Shown here piece by piece: positions 17,996 to 27,317 of a stretch of DNA of 64,000 bases. Both the position numbers and the translations under genes were made by a program. Below the pieces are notes generated by a model. The model saw only the letters and a program-made list of their open reading frames with translations, was not told the origin of the DNA and did not search any database. This DNA is from Verrucomicrobiia bacterium (GTDB lineage Bacteria > Verrucomicrobiota > Verrucomicrobiia > Limisphaerales > UBA1319). Position 1 is the stretch's first letter; each line of letters starts with the position of its first letter. Where the stretch lies: NCBI GenBank assembly GCA_963664225.1, contig OY760937.1, positions 5,632,001 through 5,696,000 of the forward strand. Reading direction: 5' to 3'.

Positions 17996-19831
17996 TCAAA
18001 TGGATTTGACCTTCAGTACGATCGCGGCCGCGTCGATTCCGTATTTGGCCATCAATTCTTCAGGTTTGCCGGATCTGGGCAGTTCGAAAATCGCCAGTTT
18101 GTGCACTTTGATGCCGTCCTTGCTCAACGAACCCGCCACAGCGTCACCCAAACCGCCTTCGGGATAGTGATCCTCCACGGTTAGCACCAGGTTATTGGTC
18201 TTTTGAGCGGCGGCCCGAATGACATCCGCGCCAATCGGCTTGACGGAGTAGGCGTCAATGACGGTGATGCCAATTCCCTCCTTGGCAAGGGTATCCGCAG
18301 CCTGCAAGGCTTCGAAGAGCGTCACACCCGCGCCTACCACGGTGATTTTGTCCCCCGCCTTTTGCCTGAGCACCTTGGCGCCGCCGATGGGGAATGATTC
18401 GTCGTTTTTATAAATAACCGGTGTCTTGGGGCGGCTGGTGCGCAGGAAGGCCACACCCCGGTGCTGGGCCATCTGTTCGACCAGTTTTTCAGCGCACACG
18501 GCATCGCTGGGGTAAAGAACCGTGCTTCCTGCCACCGCGCGCATGATGGCAATATCCTCCAGGCCCATCTGGGAGCCGCCATCTTCACCGATGCTGACGC
18601 CCACATGCGATCCAACCAGCTTGAGGTTCGCCAACGAAATGCCCGCCATGCGGATTTGATCAAAAGCGCGTGCGAAGAAGGCGGCAAAGGTCGATACGAA
18701 GGGCGTCTTGCCTCGTGTGGAAAATCCGGTCGCCACACCGACCATGTTTTGTTCGGCGATAAAGCATTCCGTGAACCGCGCCGGAAACTTCTTCATGAAT
18801 TTATCGGCGTAGGTTGAATTCTTGGTGTCGCCGTCCAGAGCGACGATGCGCGTATCCACCTCGCCAATGCGGGCGAGGGCAACGCCATAGGCTTCACGGG
18901 TGGCCACTTTGTCCCCCAATTTATAATTGAGCGGCGGGTAATTTGTTGAAAACTCGTTTTTTGGGGCCTCCAATTGGCTGGGCTTGGGTATGGGAACGCC
19001 CAAACCAGTCTTCGCCTTGGGCTGCAATTCAGCAATGGCCATGGCGGCTTCGTCTTTGGATAGGGCTTTCCCATGCCATCCATCCTTGTCCTGGATGAAA
19101 GAAATCCCGGCGCCTTTGAGGGTTTTTGCGATGATGGCCAACGGCTGGTCGCCTTTTTTGGCGGCCGCCAGGGCCTTTACAATTTCCTCCATGTTCTGGC
19201 CGTCCACGATCTTGACGCGCCAGCCAAAGGCCTTGAAACGGTCCGCATAGACTTTGAGGTCGTGGCCAAAGGCGGTCGCCTGGCTTTGCCCGAGGCGGTT
19301 GACATCGACGATGGCCACCAAATTGCCCAATTTATACACGCCAGCCAGGGAAGCGGCTTCCCAAACGCTGCCTTCGGCGCACTCGCCGTCACCCATCAGG
19401 ACGTAGGTGCGGAAATCCAATTGATCGAGACGCGCACACAGGGCCATGCCGACTCCGACGCCCAAGCCCTGGCCCAATGAGCCGGTGGCGACATCCGCAA
19501 ACGGAAGGCGCGGGGTGGGGTGGCCTTCGAGGTCGTTGCCCAAAACGCGAAGCTTGAGAAGCTCGGACGTCGGGAACAGCCCCGTTTCGGCCCAGGCGGC
19601 GTAGAGCAGGGGTGCTGCGTGACCCTTGGAAAGGATAAAGCGGTCGTTGTTGTAAAAGTGGGGATTCTTTGGGTCATAACGCATGTGCCCAAAAAAGAGC
19701 GCCGCAACAATATCCGCCGCTGAGCAGCAGGATGTGGGATGGCCGCTGCCTGCAGCCGTGGTGGCTGCAATCGAATGGATGCGCAACTGATTCGCAATAG
19801 CCGACAAATTTTCAATTAAAGCTGTTTTCAT
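17996..19831 (-). CDS. tkt: Transketolase (611-aa single chain)
   Basis: SGHPTSCCS, DRFILSKGHA, LEGHP, TGSLGQG, GDGE..EG..WEA..N, FIAEQ, GEDG.SQM, VEDHY. Confidence 0.93.
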   Translation of the reverse strand: MKTALIENLSAIANQLRIHSIAATTAAGSGHPTSCCSAADIVAALFFGHMRYDPKNPHFYNNDRFILSKGHAAPLLYAAWAETGLFPTSELLKLRVLGNDLEGHPTPRLPFADVATGSLGQGLGVGVGMALCARLDQLDFRTYVLMGDGECAEGSVWEAASLAGVYKLGNLVAIVDVNRLGQSQATAFGHDLKVYADRFKAFGWRVKIVDGQNMEEIVKALAAAKKGDQPLAIIAKTLKGAGISFIQDKDGWHGKALSKDEAAMAIAELQPKAKTGLGVPIPKPSQLEAPKNEFSTNYPPLNYKLGDKVATREAYGVALARIGEVDTRIVALDGDTKNSTYADKFMKKFPARFTECFIAEQNMVGVATGFSTRGKTPFVSTFAAFFARAFDQIRMAGISLANLKLVGSHVGVSIGEDGGSQMGLEDIAIMRAVAGSTVLYPSDAVCAEKLVEQMAQHRGVAFLRTSRPKTPVIYKNDESFPIGGAKVLRQKAGDKITVVGAGVTLFEALQAADTLAKEGIGITVIDAYSVKPIGADVIRAAAQKTNNLVLTVEDHYPEGGLGDAVAGSLSKDGIKVHKLAIFELPRSGKPEELMAKYGIDAAAIVLKVKSI

Positions 19832-19972
19832 TCGTACTTATTTTAAATTTCTCCGCCTTAATTTAAATATTATCATCAAAAAATGAAAGCTCGATTTCGG
19901 CATTGGACCTTCCCCGGATTAGGGGGGGTGTCCATAATTGTGCTGCGACCCGTTTCCTCGCAGTGGGTTAAT

Positions 19973-21829
19973 TTATTGGCCCTGGGTGGCGATTCGATAA
20001 AAGCATGCTGTGTCGGTGGACTGAAAATCGGTGAAAGCGGCTGTGTTTGTGACACCAACCACCTCGCCTATTTTTGTCCATACGCCTGAATCAAGCGCCA
20101 CTTTTTTGAAGATGGAATAAGTGTCTCCAACTCGCGCGTCCCACCGGAGCGTGAATTGCATTGGACCGGAAAAATAAACGCGATTAATGCCCAGTGGGGG
20201 TGCCGCGGGCAGCACAAAGACCTGAAGGGTTTTTACAATGTAGGTTGAAGCGTTCTGGGCAAACATCCAGTCCATGTAATTGCCCGCCCGATTGCCGATT
20301 CCTATGTCGGCCACACCGCCGATCCCGCCCCAACGATTAAAAGCGAGGAGCACTTGACGGGCATCGTGATTGTGGATCTGCATGGAACCGTAATTACCTG
20401 CGGATTGACTGTCGCCCCAATCGTAAGCCGCGTTGCTGGCGTTGGTCACTCCGGCGGAATTGGCGGGACTGGTGCTAGAAGGCCAGAACTCGAGGTTGCC
20501 ACCGGAAAGGTTCGTGCCTGCGATAATCTGTGCCACACTCGACAGGACATTCATGTTGGTGACTGGCTGTTGGAAAACGGCACCGCTGGCCAGTGTCGGG
20601 ACGCCAATTTGGTTCACATCCCTGGTGAACGCATCCATCGAAACCCATACATAGCTCAAAGGACCGCCGGCTTGCTGAAGTTCCAGGTAATAGGCGATCC
20701 GGTTGAAGTCGTGCACCTCGGCGCGACGATCCTGGTTGTAGGTCAAATTGTCGGCATAATTGGGCTTATCAGGAATCTCCAGCGAGTAAACCAATTGGTA
20801 GTTGGCAGATTCCGGGACGTTGATGATGGCACCACGACCGGCGAGCGAGGTGAAGGCTATGGTGGAGTTGGTGGCGATTTCCGTTTGCGCGGTGGTCCGG
20901 TCATGGATTCCGTTTACAGTCACTGTGTAAGTGGTGGATGGCTTTTGGGGTGAGGTCGAAAGGGTTATCTGTTGCCTGGTTGCCGTGTCGAGAACGGCGT
21001 CGATAACCTCAAGGCCACCGCTGAGGGTGAAGTTGGTGGGGTTCGCTGAATCGTCAGCAAGTGGTTTGCTAAAAACGACGGTCATATTTGTGAGTCCCAC
21101 CCAACCGTAGGCGCGCGCGATGGCCGGTGGAGATTTGCTGCCTTCCGGGGTAAACAGGTTGGTGATGGCTCCAAACCAGTTCGTGGCCATTTTGGCATAA
21201 CCGAGAGCGCCGGGATGGAGCTGATCGGGAAAGTCTGTGAGCGGCACCGCACTTCTGATGTCATCAAAATAGACCTCCCGGCCCAAGGCCCGCTGGCGCT
21301 GAACCATGGCCGGTATGAGAGGATTGAAGGTGGCTTGGATCTGGGTGTTGTAGGGTTCTCCGCGGACGAGCAAGTTTCCAACGATGATCTTGGCGTAGGG
21401 GCGGTTGGTGGCCATCCTGGCAATGAGGTTTTCAAGGCGGTTGATGGCGTGCGGGGTATCGTAACCCGTGCCATAATCATTCGTGCCGATCAGGAGGAGA
21501 ATCACGTCAGGATCACTCACCTTGGCAAACACGCCTTCCATGATGGAGTCGATCTGACCAATGAGCCAGCCGGAGTGTCCCTCGTGATCTGGATCAGGGA
21601 GTCCGGGCGCGCTGTTGTCGGTGAGGGTCCCGACAAAATCAACATTAAAGCCGGCATTGGTCAACAGGCTGTAGAGCCGGGCGCGATAGCCGCCGGGCGC
21701 GCCCGCACCATCCGTAATCGAGTCGCCCAGCGGCATGATGCGAATCGGAGGTTGTGCCGCCGCCAAGTCCATTCGAAAAGCTACAAGAAAAAGGAATGCA
21801 GCCAGGCAGAGTTTGAACAAGTATTGCAT
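19973..21829 (-). CDS. Secreted SGNH/GDSL hydrolase with Ig-like domain, one ~200-aa repeat domain and C-terminal domain
   Basis: Signal peptide; IMPLGDSIT, EGHSG, IGTND, DQLHP blocks; C-terminal half homologous to repeats of the 21989..25750 protein. Confidence 0.88.
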   Translation of the reverse strand: MQYLFKLCLAAFLFLVAFRMDLAAAQPPIRIMPLGDSITDGAGAPGGYRARLYSLLTNAGFNVDFVGTLTDNSAPGLPDPDHEGHSGWLIGQIDSIMEGVFAKVSDPDVILLLIGTNDYGTGYDTPHAINRLENLIARMATNRPYAKIIVGNLLVRGEPYNTQIQATFNPLIPAMVQRQRALGREVYFDDIRSAVPLTDFPDQLHPGALGYAKMATNWFGAITNLFTPEGSKSPPAIARAYGWVGLTNMTVVFSKPLADDSANPTNFTLSGGLEVIDAVLDTATRQQITLSTSPQKPSTTYTVTVNGIHDRTTAQTEIATNSTIAFTSLAGRGAIINVPESANYQLVYSLEIPDKPNYADNLTYNQDRRAEVHDFNRIAYYLELQQAGGPLSYVWVSMDAFTRDVNQIGVPTLASGAVFQQPVTNMNVLSSVAQIIAGTNLSGGNLEFWPSSTSPANSAGVTNASNAAYDWGDSQSAGNYGSMQIHNHDARQVLLAFNRWGGIGGVADIGIGNRAGNYMDWMFAQNASTYIVKTLQVFVLPAAPPLGINRVYFSGPMQFTLRWDARVGDTYSIFKKVALDSGVWTKIGEVVGVTNTAAFTDFQSTDTACFYRIATQGQ

Positions 21830-21859
21830 AGAAGGAGAACGGAGAGGAATAATGAAAAT

Positions 21860-21897
21860 GGTTTTCCGGCCCGCCCGAATCGGACAGGCCGGAAACC
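21860..21897. terminator. GC-rich hairpin, possible terminator/attenuator upstream of the SGNH gene
   Basis: GGTTTTCCGGCC...GGCCGGAAACC inverted repeat; T-rich tail on - strand. Confidence 0.4.
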
Positions 21898-21941
21898 GTG
21901 GGTCATGAATCAGTAATTTTCGTTTGTAACCGCGTTATGAC

Positions 21942-21975
21942 AAAAGGCGATGAGAAATCAGCATTTCTCATGGCC
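21942..21975 (-). terminator. Probable terminator after the repeat-protein gene
   Basis: ATGAGAAAT-cagc-ATTTCTCAT perfect inverted repeat, then TTTT on - strand. Confidence 0.55.
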
Positions 21976-21988
21976 ATTGAGTCAACGA

Positions 21989-24900
21989 TCAGGGCGTACG
22001 AACTTCGTAGAAGCTCGCCGCGTTGGTGGCCTGTGTATCAATCAACGATACCGTATTCGCCGTGGCGGTGGCTTCAGCAACCTTGGTCCATGTGCCAGTC
22101 CTCAGGTCGAGCTTTCGCCAGAGGGAGTAAACTGAGCCTGATTTGGCCTCGCAAGTCACCTTGAAATTCCCAGCGGACTGAAATCCCCGGCTGAGAATGT
22201 TGAACGGCTTTTGATCCAGAAGCACATAAACCTGGAGTGTTTTGACTGCGTAGCTTGAGGCGTTTCCTGCAAAGGTCCAGTCCGGCTGGCCCGTGGGGTT
22301 GTTGCCGATGCCCAGGCAGGCTGTGCCGCCGGAGCCACCCCAGTTGTTGAAGGCGAACAGGACCTGGCTGGCGTCGGCATTGTGCACCTGCATCGAGCCA
22401 TAGTTGCCCGGTGTGATCGTATCGCCCCAATCGAATGTGGTGTCGCTGGCATTAGGCACTCCTGCCGCATTGGGTTCGCTGTAATTGGAGGGCCAGAACT
22501 CGAGATTCCCGCCCGCTAGGTTTTGGCCGGTGGTGATGCTTTCGACGCTGGATGCCACGTTCATTTTGGCCACAGGCAGCTGAAACACTTCTCCGCTCGG
22601 CACTGTGGGAACTCCAATGCGGCTTGCATCATTTGTAAAGGCATCCATGGAGACCCAGATGTAATTCAGAAGACCCCCAACTGGCTGCAGTTCCAAATAA
22701 TAGGCCACCCGGCTGAAGCTCGTCATTGCCGCGTGGTGATCCACGTTATATGTAACGCCATTCAAGTAATTGGCCTCGTTTGGAATATCCAGTGAATAGA
22801 CCAGCGTATAGTCCGCGGCTTCCGGCACGTTTAAAACGGCGCCGCGTCCTGCAACGGAAGTCTTAAAGGTGGCCGTCGAATTCGGAGCCACCTCGAGATG
22901 CGCCGATGTCTGGTCGCGAACGCCGTTCACAGTCACCGTGTAGGACGTCAGCGGTTGCTGCGCAGTGGTGGTCAGAGTGACCATAAGTCTGTTGACCGGA
23001 TCCAAGGTCGCCTTGAGAACGTTGATTCCCCCATTCAGCGCGTAATGTGCCGTATTGGTGGCGTCATCTTCCAATGGCTTGCTGAAGGTGAGGACGACAT
23101 TCGTCAGCCCTGAAAGTCCCTTCGCCCCAGCCAATGCGGGGGGAGTGGCGCTGCTCGAAGACAAGACATAAACCTGAAGCGTTTTAACAGTGTAACCTGA
23201 GGCGTTGGCGGCAAAAGTCCAGTCAGGTTCGCCGTTGGGATTATTGCCAATGCCAAGATCCACAATTCCACTGGCACCGCCCCAGCGGTTAAAACCAAAG
23301 AGCACCTGGCTTGCCTCGGCGTTGCACACCTGCATTGAACCGTGGTTGCCGCCGGTCGCCATGTTGTCACCCCAATCGAACGCAGTTTCGCTGGCATTGG
23401 GAACGCCCGCAGTGTTGGCCGCGTCGTAATTGAAGGGCCAGAACTCGAGATTGCCTCCGGTCAGATTGGTGCCTGTGACAATCGACGCGACGCTGGATGC
23501 CACGTTCATGTTCGCCACGGGCTGTTGGAAGGTGACGCCGCTGGCCACAGTAGGCACACCGATCTGGTTGATGTCCGTCGTGAAGGCATCCATGGAAACC
23601 CAGACATAATTAAGCGCGCCGCCGGCTTGCTGCAATTCCAGGTAATAAGCCACCCGACTATAGCTCGTGACGTAATTTCTAAGGTCAATGTCGTAAACGA
23701 TTCCGCCGCTATAATTGGCTGAGTCGGGGATGTTGAGAGAATAGACCAGATCGTATGTTCCTGCCTCAGGGGCGTTATGCAGAGCGCCCGGGACGCGGGA
23801 CGCGGTAAATGAAATGGTCGAATTAGGCTCGATGGGAGTTTTGAAACCGGACCGCTCGAACACTCCGTTGACGGTTGCAATGTAAGCGGTCTTCGGCTGT
23901 TGTGCCGTGGTGGTCAGGGTAACGGTTGCCTTGCCCAAAGGATCCAGCGCGGCGCTTAGCACGGTGATGCCGCCGTCGATGGCGTAATGGCTGGTGTTAG
24001 TGGCGCTGTCATCGAGAGGCTTGCTGAAAGCGATCACCACATTGGTCAGGCCGCCAACCCCGATGGCGTTTAGTATCGTTGGCCGGTTGGTATCGTAAAC
24101 TGGAACGACATAAACCTGGAGCGTTTTGACGGAATAGAGCGAGGCGTTGCCCGAAAAAGTCCAGTCCGGCTCGCCGTTGGGTTTGCTACCGATGCCAACA
24201 TCGCCGATGTTGCCATTGCCGCCCCAGTTGTTGAAAGCCATTAGGACCTGGCTGGCATCGGCGTTGTGGATCTGCATGCAGCCATATTGTCCGGGTGTGG
24301 GCATATCTCCCCAGTCGTATGCAGTGTCACTGGCATTGGGCACGCCCGCTGAGTTGGTGGCCTGGTAATCGGTGGGCCAGAACTCAATATTTCCTCCGGC
24401 CAGGTTTTCGCCGACGGTGACGCCCGCGACGCTGGAAGCCACGTTCATTTTGACGACTGGCTGCTGGAACACGACGCCGCTGGGCACTGTAGGCACCCCG
24501 ATGCGGTTCACATCGTTGGTAAAGGCATCCATGGAAACCCAGATATAATTCAACAATCCACCGGGTTTTTGCAGTTCCAAATAATAGGCTATCCGGCTGA
24601 ATCCGGAAATCTCAGAGCGTTGGTCCACGTTATAGACCAGACCGGTTTTGTAATTGGCCGTATCGGGGATATCGAGTGAATAGACCAGCTTATAACCAGC
24701 GGCTTCCGGCACGTTCACAGCGGCGCCGCGTCCTGCGACGGAAGACTTGAAGTTGACCGTCGAGTTGGGAGCCACCTGGAGGTGCGCCGTCGTCTGGTCG
24801 CGAACGCCATTCACGGTTACCGTGTAATCCGTCAGCGGAAGTTGCGCGGTTGTGGTCAGCGTCACTTCAAGCTTGTTGATCGGTTCCAAGCTCGCATTGA

Positions 24901-25750
24901 GGACATTAATTCCGCCACTAATAGCGTAGTGGGCTATGTTTGTGGCATCAGGTTCCAACGCCTTGCTGAAGGTCAGGACCACATTCGTAAGTCCAGTAAG
25001 TCCAGTCGCCCCCGCGATCGCGGGCGGGATATCGCTGCTCGACGGCATGACGAACACCTGGAGCGTTTTGACAGCATAGCTCGAGGCGTTTTGGGCAAAG
25101 GTGTAGTCGGGATTACCGTTCGTATTGTTGCCAATGCCGACATCGACGACGCCACCAAAGCCGCCCCAACGGTTGAACGCAATGAGCATCTGGCTTGCTT
25201 CGCTGTTGCACACCTGCATGCAGCCGTAATTGCCGCCGCTGGACATGTTGTCGCCCCAGTCAAAATTGGCATCGCTGGCATTGGGCACACCTGCCGCATT
25301 AAGCCCGTCGTAATTGAAGGGCCAGAATTCGAGGTTGCCTCCGGTCAGATTGGTGCCGGTGACAATCCCCGCCACGCTGGAGATGACGTTCATGTTGGCC
25401 ACCGGTTGTTGGAAGGTGACACCGCTGGCCACGGTTGGAACGCCGATTTGGTTGGCGTCCACGGTAAATGCATCCATGGAGACCCAGATGTAATTGAGCG
25501 GGCCGTTGGTTGCCTGCAATTCCAGATAATAGGCCACCCGGCTGAAGCTGGTGGCGTAATTTCTAAGATCGATGTCGTAAGTGACCCCGCCGCCATAATT
25601 GGGCGCATCGGGGATGTTCAATGAATAGACCAGATCGTATTTTCCCGCCTCAGGGACGTTATTCAGAGCGCCCCGTTCGACAGCCATCGCAGCCGATGCC
25701 AGAAGCAAAAACGACACAGCAGGGAACAACCGCAGAAGAAACTTTAGCAT
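21989..25750 (-). CDS. Secreted repeat protein: four ~200-aa domains separated by three Ig-like domains; no recognisable catalytic domain
   Basis: Signal peptide ..ASAAMA; recurring VPEA..Y.LVYSL.IP / AYYLEL / WVSMDAFT / N.EFWP / DWGD / MQ..N / KTLQV; Ig-like V..FSK.L...Y...V.LTT..Y.VTVNG. Confidence 0.88.
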   Translation of the reverse strand: MLKFLLRLFPAVSFLLLASAAMAVERGALNNVPEAGKYDLVYSLNIPDAPNYGGGVTYDIDLRNYATSFSRVAYYLELQATNGPLNYIWVSMDAFTVDANQIGVPTVASGVTFQQPVANMNVISSVAGIVTGTNLTGGNLEFWPFNYDGLNAAGVPNASDANFDWGDNMSSGGNYGCMQVCNSEASQMLIAFNRWGGFGGVVDVGIGNNTNGNPDYTFAQNASSYAVKTLQVFVMPSSSDIPPAIAGATGLTGLTNVVLTFSKALEPDATNIAHYAISGGINVLNASLEPINKLEVTLTTTAQLPLTDYTVTVNGVRDQTTAHLQVAPNSTVNFKSSVAGRGAAVNVPEAAGYKLVYSLDIPDTANYKTGLVYNVDQRSEISGFSRIAYYLELQKPGGLLNYIWVSMDAFTNDVNRIGVPTVPSGVVFQQPVVKMNVASSVAGVTVGENLAGGNIEFWPTDYQATNSAGVPNASDTAYDWGDMPTPGQYGCMQIHNADASQVLMAFNNWGGNGNIGDVGIGSKPNGEPDWTFSGNASLYSVKTLQVYVVPVYDTNRPTILNAIGVGGLTNVVIAFSKPLDDSATNTSHYAIDGGITVLSAALDPLGKATVTLTTTAQQPKTAYIATVNGVFERSGFKTPIEPNSTISFTASRVPGALHNAPEAGTYDLVYSLNIPDSANYSGGIVYDIDLRNYVTSYSRVAYYLELQQAGGALNYVWVSMDAFTTDINQIGVPTVASGVTFQQPVANMNVASSVASIVTGTNLTGGNLEFWPFNYDAANTAGVPNASETAFDWGDNMATGGNHGSMQVCNAEASQVLFGFNRWGGASGIVDLGIGNNPNGEPDWTFAANASGYTVKTLQVYVLSSSSATPPALAGAKGLSGLTNVVLTFSKPLEDDATNTAHYALNGGINVLKATLDPVNRLMVTLTTTAQQPLTSYTVTVNGVRDQTSAHLEVAPNSTATFKTSVAGRGAVLNVPEAADYTLVYSLDIPNEANYLNGVTYNVDHHAAMTSFSRVAYYLELQPVGGLLNYIWVSMDAFTNDASRIGVPTVPSGEVFQLPVAKMNVASSVESITTGQNLAGGNLEFWPSNYSEPNAAGVPNASDTTFDWGDTITPGNYGSMQVHNADASQVLFAFNNWGGSGGTACLGIGNNPTGQPDWTFAGNASSYAVKTLQVYVLLDQKPFNILSRGFQSAGNFKVTCEAKSGSVYSLWRKLDLRTGTWTKVAEATATANTVSLIDTQATNAASFYEVRTP

Positions 25751-25932
25751 AATTCCACTCCGTTAGATTACATTTTTTATGAGAACGAACTAATCCTACA
25801 TCTTGTTGTCCCCCAGCGTCAAACGCAAATGTGGCGAAGTACATGAAGAGCCAAACACGATGGAGACATCATGGATATCAGCGATCCAGACACGCCTGAT
25901 CTGGCAGAGTGGGGACAGGGATGACGCACCCG

Positions 25933-27210
25933 TCAGCTCAACTTCCAAGGGCTGCGCATCGGTCTCGACAATAAGGAATTGGCTTCAGAATCGTTTTCGA
26001 ACAGTTCGGTTTGCGGATTCCATTTCAGCTTCCGACCAAGCTTTATGGAAAGGTTGGCCAGGTGACAGACTGAAGCAACACGGTGGCCAATATCGACGGG
26101 AAAATAGGGATCTTTGCGGGTTTTGACGCACTTCAGGAAATCAGCATGTTCGCCCTCTGGATTGGTATATAGGTGGATTTCGTTGGCCCCAATGGGCGAC
26201 TTTAGGATTTTTTCAGTACTGGCTTCAACCGCACCCAGCCATCCGCGATTGCCAACCCAGCCATCCGTGCCGATGAACTTAATACTTGGATCCCCGGGAA
26301 CGCAAGTCATGACCACACCATTGGCGTATTTGAAGGTGACGTCGTAATCTTTGACTGTGTTGTAGAGCCCGCCTTCCCAATAGCTGCCTTTGCCGACGAC
26401 CTCGATCGGGCCGCCGCGTTCAGAGTCATTGGCCCATTGAGCGGTATCGAATAAGTGCGCTCCCCAGTCGCAGATAATGCCGCCCGAATAGTCCTGAATC
26501 CATCGAAAGTTGAAATGAACACGGTCCTTGGTGTAAGGGGCAAAGGGTGCCGGTCCAAGCCACATGTCCCAGTCCAATTCAGGCGGAACGGGTTGAGGAG
26601 TGGGGTCACCGGCTGTCCCTGGCTGTTTGGGCAGGATCACTTCGATCTTCTGAAGCCTGCCAATCCGGCCATTACGAACCAGTTCAGCCATGCGGTGATA
26701 AACCGGAACCGAGCGATCCTCAGTGCTGGTTTGAAACACCCGGCCGTATTTCCTCATGGTTTCGATCAGGATTTTTCCTTCATTGATGGTGAGCGTGGGC
26801 TTCTCGCATTGCACATCCTTGCCGGCGCGCGCCGCCATTACGCTGATCAAGGTATGCCAGTGATCCGGTGTGGAGATCATCACCGCGTCGATATCCTTGC
26901 GGGCAAGAACCTCCCGGAAATCCCTGGTCACAGAGCAGTCCTTGTTCATGTACTGCTCATCCACGATTTCTTTGGCCCGCTTCATCCGATTGCCATCGAC
27001 ATCGCAGACGACCGCAACACGGGCTTCCTTGAGCTGGAGATAACGGCGGAGATTCCAACTCGTGCCATGATCTCCGACGCCGATGAAACCGACGTTGATC
27101 TTGTTGCTGGGGGCATCGGCGCCCAGCAATCGAGACGGAACGAGCAATGGCATGGCAATGGCAGTGGACCCCATGCGCATGAAAAGACGTCTGGATATTG
27201 TTTTTACCAT
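25933..27210 (-). CDS. Tat-exported Gfo/Idh/MocA family oxidoreductase
   Basis: SRRLFM; IGVGDHG; TPDHWH; QCEKP; DWGAHLFD. Confidence 0.9.
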   Translation of the reverse strand: MVKTISRRLFMRMGSTAIAMPLLVPSRLLGADAPSNKINVGFIGVGDHGTSWNLRRYLQLKEARVAVVCDVDGNRMKRAKEIVDEQYMNKDCSVTRDFREVLARKDIDAVMISTPDHWHTLISVMAARAGKDVQCEKPTLTINEGKILIETMRKYGRVFQTSTEDRSVPVYHRMAELVRNGRIGRLQKIEVILPKQPGTAGDPTPQPVPPELDWDMWLGPAPFAPYTKDRVHFNFRWIQDYSGGIICDWGAHLFDTAQWANDSERGGPIEVVGKGSYWEGGLYNTVKDYDVTFKYANGVVMTCVPGDPSIKFIGTDGWVGNRGWLGAVEASTEKILKSPIGANEIHLYTNPEGEHADFLKCVKTRKDPYFPVDIGHRVASVCHLANLSIKLGRKLKWNPQTELFENDSEANSLLSRPMRSPWKLS

Positions 27211-27317
27211 AAAGCCTGGATGAAAGAGTTGACGTGCGATCCGTGCGGTCTATTCAACGACGCGGGACAAAATCCCGTCTGACAGAGGCGCGCCGCTTAT
27301 CTTCAAATGCTCAGAAT

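Noticed and set aside
21989..25750. Long DNA repeats as DGR template/variable repeats or a recombination cassette
   Set aside because: Repeats are in-frame protein domains with general divergence; no reverse transcriptase or recombinase in the window
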